Of a stretch of DNA of 39,775 bases, positions 31,816 to 39,775 are shown piece by piece. Source of the DNA: a virus; the IMG/VR virus record IMGVR_UViG_3300044545_000032; one strand, written 5' to 3'. The notes under the pieces were generated by a model, which saw only the letters and a program-made list of their open reading frames with translations, was not told where the DNA came from and ran no database searches. The stretch's first letter is position 1. Each line of letters begins with the position of its first letter. The position numbers and the translations under genes were made by a program.

Positions 31816-34800
31816 ATGGCGAGCAATGAGTATAGCGTCGGTCCGCGGATCAGCATCGAGGGCGCTGCGGAATTTAAAGCGCACATCCGAGAAATTAATA
31901 GCGAATATCGATCTTTGCGCGCCGAAATGGCAAATGTGCAGGCCAGCTTTAAGGGGCAGGAAACGTCCGAAAAATCTTTGATGGCGCAAAAGGCGAATTT
32001 GACCAAACAGATCGAAACGCAGCGCGAAAAAATCAAAGAAACGACTGCCCAGCTGGAAAAGTACAAAGAGAGCACCGAGGCAACGACCGAGAACGTCAAC
32101 AAGTATAACGAAATGATCAGCCGGTCAAAGACTGATCTCGCGAACTTGGAAAATCAGTTAAAAGACGTTAATAAAACAATCGACATCCAAACGTCAAAAT
32201 GGGGAAAAATTCAAACCCAGATGGAAACGGTGTCGAGAAAAGCGACGGATGCTGGCAAAAAGTTTTCAACGGTCGGCAGCGCGTTGACGAAAACCCTCAC
32301 GGTTCCGATCGCGGCTGTCGGTACCGGGATGATTGCGTCGGCGAAAGAGTTTGAAGGTGGCATGGCCACGGTGATCAAAGCCACCGGCGCGTCCGGGAAA
32401 GCTGTGAAAGACTTGGAAAATGCCTATAAAAAAGCAGCATCAAACGTTGCCGGCAATATGGGCGATATCGGCGCGGCGTTAGGTGAGATTAACACGAGGT
32501 TGGGATTTTCGGGGAGCCAAGCTGAAAAGGCGACCGAAGATTTTATGAAGTTTTCAAAGGTCACGGGCACCGATGCAAAAGAATCTGTTCGACTGGTCAC
32601 GCGCGCTATGGGCGACGCGAACATGAAGTCGGATGATTATCGCAAGATGCTGAATATGCTGACGGTCGCATCTCAGAAAACCGGCATATCTGTCGAGGAC
32701 CTGACAAATAATATCACGAAATATGGCGCGCCGATGCGGCAGTTGGGCTTTACAACGCAGCAATCAGTTGCTATGTTTGCGCAATGGGAAAAAGCCGGCG
32801 TCACAACTGAAAAAGCGTTCGCTGGGATGCGCATTGCTATATCCGGATGGATGAAGCAAGGAAAAAACGCCAGCGAAGAATTTAAAAAGACGGTCAAAGG
32901 CATCCAGGACGGTACGATCTCGACAGCCGAAGCCATGGAAATCTTCGGCAAAAAGGGCGGTCCCGATATGATCGATGCGATCAAGCAGGGGCGTTTTAAC
33001 TTTGATGAATTTTCAAAATCGCTTTCCAACACCAACGGAGCGTTAGATAAAACTTACAAAAATACATTAACCAGCACGGACAAGTTGCAAATTGAGATGA
33101 ATAAGCTCAAAGTGGCATCTGCTGAATCTGGCGCAAAGATCATCAAAAGTTTGCTGCCATCTTTGACAAAAATCATGGATGCGGCGGCGGGCGCAGCTAA
33201 AAAATTCGCAGAACTGCCAGAACCAGCGCAAAACGCGGTATTGGCATTGGCTGGAATTGCAGCAGTTGCAGGTCCCGCGGCGTCTGGTGTTGGCAGTGTG
33301 ATGCAGGGCGTGGGAAAGTTGAGTGGTACGCTCAGCAAATTTGCTGGCGCGAAAGCGGCAAAGGCCGTTGCCGAAGTCGGCACCGCATCCGCGGGCGCGG
33401 CCGAAGGTATGGGTGCGGCGGCGACCGCTGCCGAAGGGTTAGGTGGCGCAACAGCCGCCGGAACAGCCGGCGCAGCTGGCTTAGGTGCGTCTTTGGGATC
33501 GATCTTAACTGTGGCTGGGCCGGTCGGTATCGGCATCGGCGCTGTGGTGATAGCGATCCGCAGCTATCGGCAACAGCAGGCCACCGCGAACCAGATGACC
33601 GACTTTGCTGTTGCGAAGGCTGATAAACTGGCAAATTCAACCAACACTTTAACTGCACGCGTTAAAGGGTTGAACGGTTCGTTTACCAGTTCGGTCGCAA
33701 CGGTGCGGGCACATGCGGCACTGGCGGACAATCTGAACGATAAACTTCAAAATTTGGTTGCGACGCAAGGCCGAACAGCCGGCGGGCAAGCCCAGATCAA
33801 ACAGATGGTTGATAAGCTCAACCAAATTGTGCCCGGGCTTAATCTGGCTTACGATGCACAAACAAATAAGTTGAGCCAAATTAACAAGGAGATTAAAAAC
33901 CATATCAACAATATGGTCAAAGAAGCCAAACAAACGGCGGCTCAAGAAGTCTTAGTTAAAGCTTACAAAGCGCAGTACGAAGCGCAGTATAAGCAGGCGC
34001 AGATCGAAACACAGCTTAGCGCTAACAAGAAAAAGCTTAATGCACTTGACGAAAAACGAAAGGACTTGATGTCAGACGGCGGATGGGCGCGCCATGGCAA
34101 GGAACTGACCAAAATTAAGGGCGCATCCGACAAGTTAAACGAAAATAACAAATCGCTTAACAGTTCGCTGTCGAAGGTCAAGAAAAATTATACAGATTCC
34201 GGGAATGCAGCAAAAGCCGCCGAAAAGGTACTAAACGGATCGGCGAAAAACATGGGCGCAGCCTTTGCGCAGATGAAAAACAAGTCTAAAGGCACTGGCA
34301 AAGCGGTTGAAAAGAACGTTAAAATCGATTCAAAGGCGGTAGCCAAAAATACGAGCGCGGTAGTAAACCAGTCTCGAACGGCTTTTAATAAAATTCCAGC
34401 AGCGGCTAAAACGTCGGCGAAAGGCGCAACGGCGGCCTTTAACAGCCAAAACGGCGCAATGGGCGCAGCCGGTCGGGCAGCCGGTAATCGCTATGCGGCC
34501 GGTGTTCGCTCGAAGCGTGGGAACGCGCACAGCGCAGGGGTTAACGTTACAACCGGGCTGAATAACGGGATTAAATCAAAAATTCCTGCCACGAAAAAGA
34601 CGACGGGTGATTTGGTTAGCGCAATCAAAAAGACGTTTGTCAAAGGATTAGGCATTCATTCGCCATCACATGTTACCTATGAATACGGTCGTTATACCGG
34701 ATTAGGTTTCATTAACGGGTTAAGCAGTACGCAGATCGGGAAATACACCCGCGCGACCGTTAACGACATGAAAAAGGCGTTCTCGAAGAACAAATTTTCC

Positions 34801-36078
34801 GCCGAAGCCAACGTTAACTATCTGGATGATAACGCGAAAAAAGAAGTCACATGGATGCGCAAGTACGACGGCGGGTCGATCGTCAAAGGTGCGGACGGCG
34901 GCAAAGGCAATCGATTCATCAATACCATGCTGGGGTTAGTCAATAATAACTCGCACGGTTATTCGCAAAGCGACCGTTGGGGACCGGATTTTGACTGTTC
35001 AAGTTCCATTATCTACTCCCTAAAAAAGACCGGGTTCGCAGTTGGCGGCGCCAGCTACACCGGGAACATGTCGTCCGAATTAACCAAACATGGTTGGGCG
35101 CGCATCCCGAACAATGGCAAGCCGAAAAAAGGCGATATCTTGCTCAACGATGCCAAACACGTCGAACTATCTCTTGGCGGCGGTAAAACCGCCGGTTTTC
35201 ATGGAACCTATGGTCACCCCGAAAAGGGCGACCAAACGGGGAAAGAGGCCAGTGTCGGAAAATACTATAATTTTCCGTGGAACGCATATCTGCGTTACAA
35301 AAAAGGCTTCGGCGACAGTCTGGCGGATGCCATCGAAGAGGTTTATAACTTTAAAAAGTACGGCATCGCCAGCGGCGATATATACGGCGCGGACGGCGAC
35401 GGCGGCGGCTTCGGTGGCGGTAAAGTTTCCGGGAAGCTGGGCGACTGGGTAAAACAGGCGTTAAAACTTACCGGCCAGCCGATGAGTTTGGCGGCCGGGC
35501 TGGTTCGCGCGGCCAAAGCTGAATCTGGCGGCAACCCGCGAGCGGTCAATAACTGGGATATTAACGCCCGGTTAGGTCACCCGTCGAAAGGGCTGATGCA
35601 GACCATTGATAGCACATTCAACGCCTACAAGATGAAGGGCCACGGAAATATCTGGAATCCAGTTGACAATTTGATTGCGTCAATCCGATATATGATCGCG
35701 AGATATGGCAGTGTGGCGAATGTTTTGCGTCCGCGTGCCCGCAGGTGGTACGGATATGACGTTGGCTCGCGGTATATCCCTTACACCATGCCGGCTATTG
35801 TCCATGAAGGCGAAATGATTATCCCGAAGTCGGAAAACCCCTACCGAAATTCAAAGGGGTCTATCACCGGCGCGATGTTCGGAGACCAGGCCGTGATGAG
35901 CATCGGCGGTGCGATTGATCGGCTGTCCGGTTCGGTCAGATCGGCAATCGCGGCCAGCGGCGGGGTTGTTGTCAATGTTTATGGTGTAGCCGGACAGGAT
36001 GTTGACGACTTGGCCGATCAGGTAGTTGATAAAATCATTAAAGTTTACAGTGGAAAGGCGGCGATGATCAGTGCCTAA
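31816..36078 (+). CDS. Tape measure protein with C-terminal NlpC/P60-like peptidase and SLT lytic transglycosylase domains
   Basis: 1420 aa with coiled-coil and Ala/Gly-rich hydrophobic stretches. FDCSSSIIY...GDILL..AKHVELS is NlpC/P60-like. AESGGNPRAV...SKGLMQTIDSTF...IRYMIARYG is SLT-like. Confidence 0.9.
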   Translation: MASNEYSVGPRISIEGAAEFKAHIREINSEYRSLRAEMANVQASFKGQETSEKSLMAQKANLTKQIETQREKIKETTAQLEKYKESTEATTENVNKYNEMISRSKTDLANLENQLKDVNKTIDIQTSKWGKIQTQMETVSRKATDAGKKFSTVGSALTKTLTVPIAAVGTGMIASAKEFEGGMATVIKATGASGKAVKDLENAYKKAASNVAGNMGDIGAALGEINTRLGFSGSQAEKATEDFMKFSKVTGTDAKESVRLVTRAMGDANMKSDDYRKMLNMLTVASQKTGISVEDLTNNITKYGAPMRQLGFTTQQSVAMFAQWEKAGVTTEKAFAGMRIAISGWMKQGKNASEEFKKTVKGIQDGTISTAEAMEIFGKKGGPDMIDAIKQGRFNFDEFSKSLSNTNGALDKTYKNTLTSTDKLQIEMNKLKVASAESGAKIIKSLLPSLTKIMDAAAGAAKKFAELPEPAQNAVLALAGIAAVAGPAASGVGSVMQGVGKLSGTLSKFAGAKAAKAVAEVGTASAGAAEGMGAAATAAEGLGGATAAGTAGAAGLGASLGSILTVAGPVGIGIGAVVIAIRSYRQQQATANQMTDFAVAKADKLANSTNTLTARVKGLNGSFTSSVATVRAHAALADNLNDKLQNLVATQGRTAGGQAQIKQMVDKLNQIVPGLNLAYDAQTNKLSQINKEIKNHINNMVKEAKQTAAQEVLVKAYKAQYEAQYKQAQIETQLSANKKKLNALDEKRKDLMSDGGWARHGKELTKIKGASDKLNENNKSLNSSLSKVKKNYTDSGNAAKAAEKVLNGSAKNMGAAFAQMKNKSKGTGKAVEKNVKIDSKAVAKNTSAVVNQSRTAFNKIPAAAKTSAKGATAAFNSQNGAMGAAGRAAGNRYAAGVRSKRGNAHSAGVNVTTGLNNGIKSKIPATKKTTGDLVSAIKKTFVKGLGIHSPSHVTYEYGRYTGLGFINGLSSTQIGKYTRATVNDMKKAFSKNKFSAEANVNYLDDNAKKEVTWMRKYDGGSIVKGADGGKGNRFINTMLGLVNNNSHGYSQSDRWGPDFDCSSSIIYSLKKTGFAVGGASYTGNMSSELTKHGWARIPNNGKPKKGDILLNDAKHVELSLGGGKTAGFHGTYGHPEKGDQTGKEASVGKYYNFPWNAYLRYKKGFGDSLADAIEEVYNFKKYGIASGDIYGADGDGGGFGGGKVSGKLGDWVKQALKLTGQPMSLAAGLVRAAKAESGGNPRAVNNWDINARLGHPSKGLMQTIDSTFNAYKMKGHGNIWNPVDNLIASIRYMIARYGSVANVLRPRARRWYGYDVGSRYIPYTMPAIVHEGEMIIPKSENPYRNSKGSITGAMFGDQAVMSIGGAIDRLSGSVRSAIAASGGVVVNVYGVAGQDVDDLADQVVDKIIKVYSGKAAMISA

Positions 36079-38362
36079 TATCAAAGACGGCGTTTATTAT
36101 ATCATTTCGGCATTGTCGGCCAATTTGGCACTGGACGTTAAAGGTGCCAGCGACAAAAGCGGCGCCAATGTGCAAATTTATACGAGGAATACAAGCGACG
36201 CGCAAAAATTCGGCGTCACAAACTATTCGGACAGGGTGCAAATCGCTTGCGCCCTGTCTGGCCGGTGTTTGGACTTAGCGAATAACAATTTCACCAACGG
36301 CGCGAATGTTCGCCAGTGGGAAGATAACAATTCCCACGCCCAGCGATGGGATATTGTGCCGGATGGCAAAACTGTGACCATTGGCGGGAAACCCTATGAT
36401 ACCTATCTGATCAAATCCCACGGGACAAACTATGTTTGCGATGTGGATCACCTCAACACGAAACCGGGAACCAATGTAATGATCCACGCGGCCAACGGCG
36501 GCGATAATCAGCGGTGGGCTTTTGTAAAACTGGACACCTTTCAAATTTTAAGCGCCGGCTGTACCTATAAAATTGTTTCGGCGGTTGATGAAGATATGGT
36601 GCTGGACGTTAAGGGTGAATCCACTGCGAACGGGGCAAACGTCATGATCCACCCGGACCATGACGGGCCTAATGAGCGTTTCGTGGTACAGCTTCACGAT
36701 GACCAGACTTATAAAATCATCGATGCGCAATCTATGATCAAAGGTTCAAAGGTGCTTAAATGCTTGGACGATAAAAACGGTGGAACTGTGAAAGGCTCGA
36801 ACGTGCAAATTTATCAAGATAACGGAACGCCGGCACAATCTTTTCTTATAACACCTTTCGGGTCGATGGTTGTCGACGGTCAAAATGTTCAAACCTTTCA
36901 AGTCGAATCACAATGCGGGCAAAATTTATATCTTGATTTGCAAGACGGCAAAGGCCAGCGCGGGCAAAATGTTCGCCTGTGGCCGCACAACACCTCGAAG
37001 GCTCAGCAGTGGGCTTTTGTACCGTCATCGTGTATCGATACGACCTTGCCAACGCCGGCTTCACTCACGCCACAAACGGCAGCGATCAATAATAAAAATT
37101 CGTTTGCATTAACTTTTATCTGCAATTATCGAGAGTTTCAAGCCCGCTGCCGATACCGCATCGTGTCCGAAAGCGCAAAGGGCACCGGCGCGTGGTCGTC
37201 CTGGAAGTGCCCGCTCGACGGATTGGGCGGCAATCAGGGCTGGGGCGATGCGTGGGCGCCGACACTGAAACTAAGTATCGAAAATGGCGACCAGAAATCA
37301 ACGGATATACCGATGCCGGAAGGATATGTGATTGATGGCAGCACGGTAACCGCGGTCGAAGTGTGCGTGCAAATCAGAGCCTACAAGGGTTATGAAAATA
37401 TTCAAACACACGGTAACTCAGCATCAAAAAATTTAACATTTTATTTCAAGCCGACCGTTCGCGTAACCGCCGCGAAGCTGCACGGCACCGGTTTGCGAAT
37501 TTACTATGAGTCAGACTTGCTGGACGGCGGATGCGCCGTCACTGTGTCGGCGATGGGGCAGACCATCACCGAATCGGGCAAATACGGCGGCAGCGGTTAT
37601 GTACTGATACCGTATGACAAATTGGCCCATGTGCCAACTGGGGAGATCGACGTAACCGCGACGGTCACGAAAGGCATATCGTCCGACGTGGCCAGCGCGA
37701 AAATCGCCGTAACAGATGAACCAAAACGCGACACTCGAGAAATCGCCATCACTGAATCATCGTATGGCACCTATTTCGTGACGGTGCCAACCGTTTCGAC
37801 CGATGATGATGTAACGCTAAACGTTACCTGCGGCGAAATGGTGGCGGCAACAGCGATTAAATTGAAAACAGAGACAACGCGTGTTTATGAATCGGTGCCG
37901 CCGCTGCATAAAAAAGCTTGTGTGATTTTGTGGGCTGTCAAGACAGATGGTACATGGATTGCGGTTGAAAAAGAACTCGTCGGTATCTTCGATCACAGCT
38001 ATGTATGGACGTTTGACGGTGGCGCGTGTGTTTTAGACCTGTCAAACAGCAAACCGGGCGCAACGCAAGAAGATAGCATTTCGCGCGATGTGCAGGATTA
38101 CAAGATTATATCCCGTGATTATCATGCATACCGTTTCAGTAAAACGAAAGAGCGCGATTTAAGTGTGACCGGCGCGATTGCAGATGACCTGCCCGAAAAG
38201 GGATCGTGGAATGATTTTGATGCCCTGCTCGCGGCGGGACACGCTACCTTCCGCAACGCGCGGGGCGAAATTTTACCGGTAGCCGTGACGGCCATTTCTC
38301 GCCCAGATTCGCACAAAGGCTGGTCTGAGGTCAAAGTGACACAGAAAGAGGAAAGCCGATGA
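36071..38362 (+). CDS. Tail protein in the distal-tail (Dit) position carrying two N-terminal ricin-type beta-trefoil lectin domains
   Basis: GTG start overlapping the TMP end. Six LDV..GANVQIY...Q(x)W/F repeats (AQKF, AQRW, NQRW, NERF, AQSF, AQQW) in the first ~330 aa. Confidence 0.75.
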   Translation: MPNIKDGVYYIISALSANLALDVKGASDKSGANVQIYTRNTSDAQKFGVTNYSDRVQIACALSGRCLDLANNNFTNGANVRQWEDNNSHAQRWDIVPDGKTVTIGGKPYDTYLIKSHGTNYVCDVDHLNTKPGTNVMIHAANGGDNQRWAFVKLDTFQILSAGCTYKIVSAVDEDMVLDVKGESTANGANVMIHPDHDGPNERFVVQLHDDQTYKIIDAQSMIKGSKVLKCLDDKNGGTVKGSNVQIYQDNGTPAQSFLITPFGSMVVDGQNVQTFQVESQCGQNLYLDLQDGKGQRGQNVRLWPHNTSKAQQWAFVPSSCIDTTLPTPASLTPQTAAINNKNSFALTFICNYREFQARCRYRIVSESAKGTGAWSSWKCPLDGLGGNQGWGDAWAPTLKLSIENGDQKSTDIPMPEGYVIDGSTVTAVEVCVQIRAYKGYENIQTHGNSASKNLTFYFKPTVRVTAAKLHGTGLRIYYESDLLDGGCAVTVSAMGQTITESGKYGGSGYVLIPYDKLAHVPTGEIDVTATVTKGISSDVASAKIAVTDEPKRDTREIAITESSYGTYFVTVPTVSTDDDVTLNVTCGEMVAATAIKLKTETTRVYESVPPLHKKACVILWAVKTDGTWIAVEKELVGIFDHSYVWTFDGGACVLDLSNSKPGATQEDSISRDVQDYKIISRDYHAYRFSKTKERDLSVTGAIADDLPEKGSWNDFDALLAAGHATFRNARGEILPVAVTAISRPDSHKGWSEVKVTQKEESR

Positions 38363-39402
38363 TCGACGCGAAATGGAAAGACGTTAGGCACGAACCGGAG
38401 CTGCATGTGTACATGATCGATCCGCACAACTTGGAAGTCATTCGCGGTGAGCTAACGGGCGTCACCGCCTGCACAATTACCGATGGCTACGAAAGCGACA
38501 CAAAGATATCCGGGTCCATCACAACGATTGCCGATAACTACATCGGTGGCAGTTGGTTAAGAATAACTGTTGATGGTGAAGAAGTGGCCACGCTTGGTGT
38601 TTCAAATATAGCTGCCACGCAGGCACCCGAAGGGGGCGAGCAAGTCACCTACACCTTGCAATCAGTTTTGTGGATGTTGGATGCCGATTTGGCATTTAAT
38701 TTGTACACAATCGGAAAAAACACAAAAGTTAAAGACGTCATCACCGCGGTTTGTAAAACATGTGGAAAATCTGTAGTGTTTCAAGGTGACGCGAAAAATT
38801 CAACCTATAGTGCTGCGAAAGCCTATGAGCGAACTGACAGCTATCGCGCCATCCTTGCCGACAATGCCAGCAAAGCAGGAAACCAGCTCTCTGCGGATGG
38901 TCATGGGCGCATATCTGTATCAGCCTATGTTGCGCCAGGGTCAAAAGCGGTTTCGTACGTGCTGGACGCGGACGCCAAAGACGGCATCATCTTAGACCCG
39001 GGTTATGAAGATACGGATCAGACCGGCGAAGCGTACAACCGAACGGTGGTCATCGCCACGAACAACAGCGGCGACAAAGAAAAAGTGTTGACCGCACACA
39101 GCGATGCCCCGGCATCGTCGCCCATTTCGTCGGCTTATCGTGGATGGACGCGCACGCAAGTGCACGATGTTCAGGATATGTCGCCATTCACGCAATCGAA
39201 AGCCAATTCGTTAGTTAATACGTACATTTCAGACGACCGTTCGCGCGGTATCACACGGTCGGCGACGACCATGTACTTTTCGTGTACTGGCGGCGAGATC
39301 GTAGAGTGGAAGCAAGACGGCAAAACAAAAAAGTATCAGATACAGACAGTCGAAAGCGACCTTGTGGCGTGGACGTCAAAATTTACATTGAAATTAATTT
39401 GA
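38359..39402 (+). CDS. Tail / baseplate hub protein (Tal-like N-terminal domain, tentative)
   Basis: RBS AAGAGGAAAG. ATGA overlap with the upstream gene. Position between the Dit-position gene and the fibres. Confidence 0.6.
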   Translation: MIDAKWKDVRHEPELHVYMIDPHNLEVIRGELTGVTACTITDGYESDTKISGSITTIADNYIGGSWLRITVDGEEVATLGVSNIAATQAPEGGEQVTYTLQSVLWMLDADLAFNLYTIGKNTKVKDVITAVCKTCGKSVVFQGDAKNSTYSAAKAYERTDSYRAILADNASKAGNQLSADGHGRISVSAYVAPGSKAVSYVLDADAKDGIILDPGYEDTDQTGEAYNRTVVIATNNSGDKEKVLTAHSDAPASSPISSAYRGWTRTQVHDVQDMSPFTQSKANSLVNTYISDDRSRGITRSATTMYFSCTGGEIVEWKQDGKTKKYQIQTVESDLVAWTSKFTLKLI

Positions 39403-39417
39403 TTGGTGGTGAAACAG

Positions 39418-39775
39418 TTGGACACAATAGAAAAAGCGGCATTGCTGTTCGGCAAGGGCCAGCAGACAAACCAAGGCGCAACGCATAGCGCAAACGTTAC
39501 CACCATCACCGGGGTTGCGACGTCGGACAGTGAGGATGGTGCTGTCATGGTGGATGTTGGCGGCGCAACTATATCGCAGGATGATGTTCAAGCCGTCGAA
39601 CTGCCAACCACGTGCGACGTACGCGATGGCGACACCGTTCAGATCAAGGTTGCCGGCGCGGACGGATCGGCGAAAAGCCTGATGGTGGACGGCGTGGTGG
39701 CCGGCGGCGATCGAGTCAAGGCGGAGTTCACGACGCAAATCGATTCAGTGAGCGAAAGCGTCGCCAACGTGTCAG
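39418..39775 (+). CDS. N-terminal part of the junction-spanning gp58-like tail fibre gene (continues at 128 after removing the duplicated 127 bp)
   Basis: The frame is open from 39403. TTG at 39418 follows GGTGGTGA. It is in phase with ORF 34..561 across the circular junction. Confidence 0.65.
   Translation, partial: MDTIEKAALLFGKGQQTNQGATHSANVTTITGVATSDSEDGAVMVDVGGATISQDDVQAVELPTTCDVRDGDTVQIKVAGADGSAKSLMVDGVVAGGDRVKAEFTTQIDSVSESVANVS
39649..39775. repeat. Terminal overlap, second copy (identical to 1-127)
   Basis: Direct comparison of the contig ends. Confidence 0.95.

Overview
The window is a complete, circularly closed genome of a temperate siphovirus-type phage. Unit length is 39,648 bp, because bases 1-127 are identical to 39649-39775. 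Supporting calls are an HK97-fold capsid module, a 1420-aa tape measure, and an HNH/TerS/TerL cos-type packaging module. The host is probably Gram-positive (Bacillota-like): strong AGGAGG-type RBSs, and a GH25 + Cpl-7 + LysM endolysin.

Gene order on the + strand starts with tail-fibre genes, one of which spans the contig junction, followed by the holin and endolysin. Next is a visibly AT-richer accessory island (about 4.6-7.3 kb). Then comes attP, which carries the 3' half of a tRNA-Lys(CUU).

A minus-strand lysogeny block follows: tyrosine integrase, hicAB, a membrane-anchored orphan protein, and an S24/LexA-like cI.

The + strand then resumes with these modules:
- cro and Bro-N/KilAC antirepressors
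- a recombination/replication module (Gp157, AAA_24 ATPase, DUF669, ERCC4-like nuclease, CHC2 zinc finger, DUF927 helicase)
- an iteron origin
- miscellaneous early genes, including a 32-unit pentapeptide-repeat protein and a Holliday-junction resolvase
- a late regulator, then packaging, head, neck and tail genes

The tail genes include a G/GT chaperone with a -1 frameshift, a tape measure with two peptidoglycan-hydrolase domains, and a tail protein with two ricin-type lectin domains.

The most unusual item is the accessory island. One consensus promoter with an embedded 20-bp palindromic operator is present three times. It drives six small orphan genes: one HTH protein and two very acidic proteins. 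I interpret this as a candidate co-regulated anti-defence or lysogenic-conversion array; that interpretation is inference only.

Other items worth follow-up:
- a promoter-to-terminator structured RNA next to attP that displays an anti-Shine-Dalgarno-like loop
- the membrane protein co-transcribed with cI
- the pentapeptide-repeat protein
- a late-operon leader that contains a terminator

All function calls rest on motifs I recognise by eye. No database search was run.
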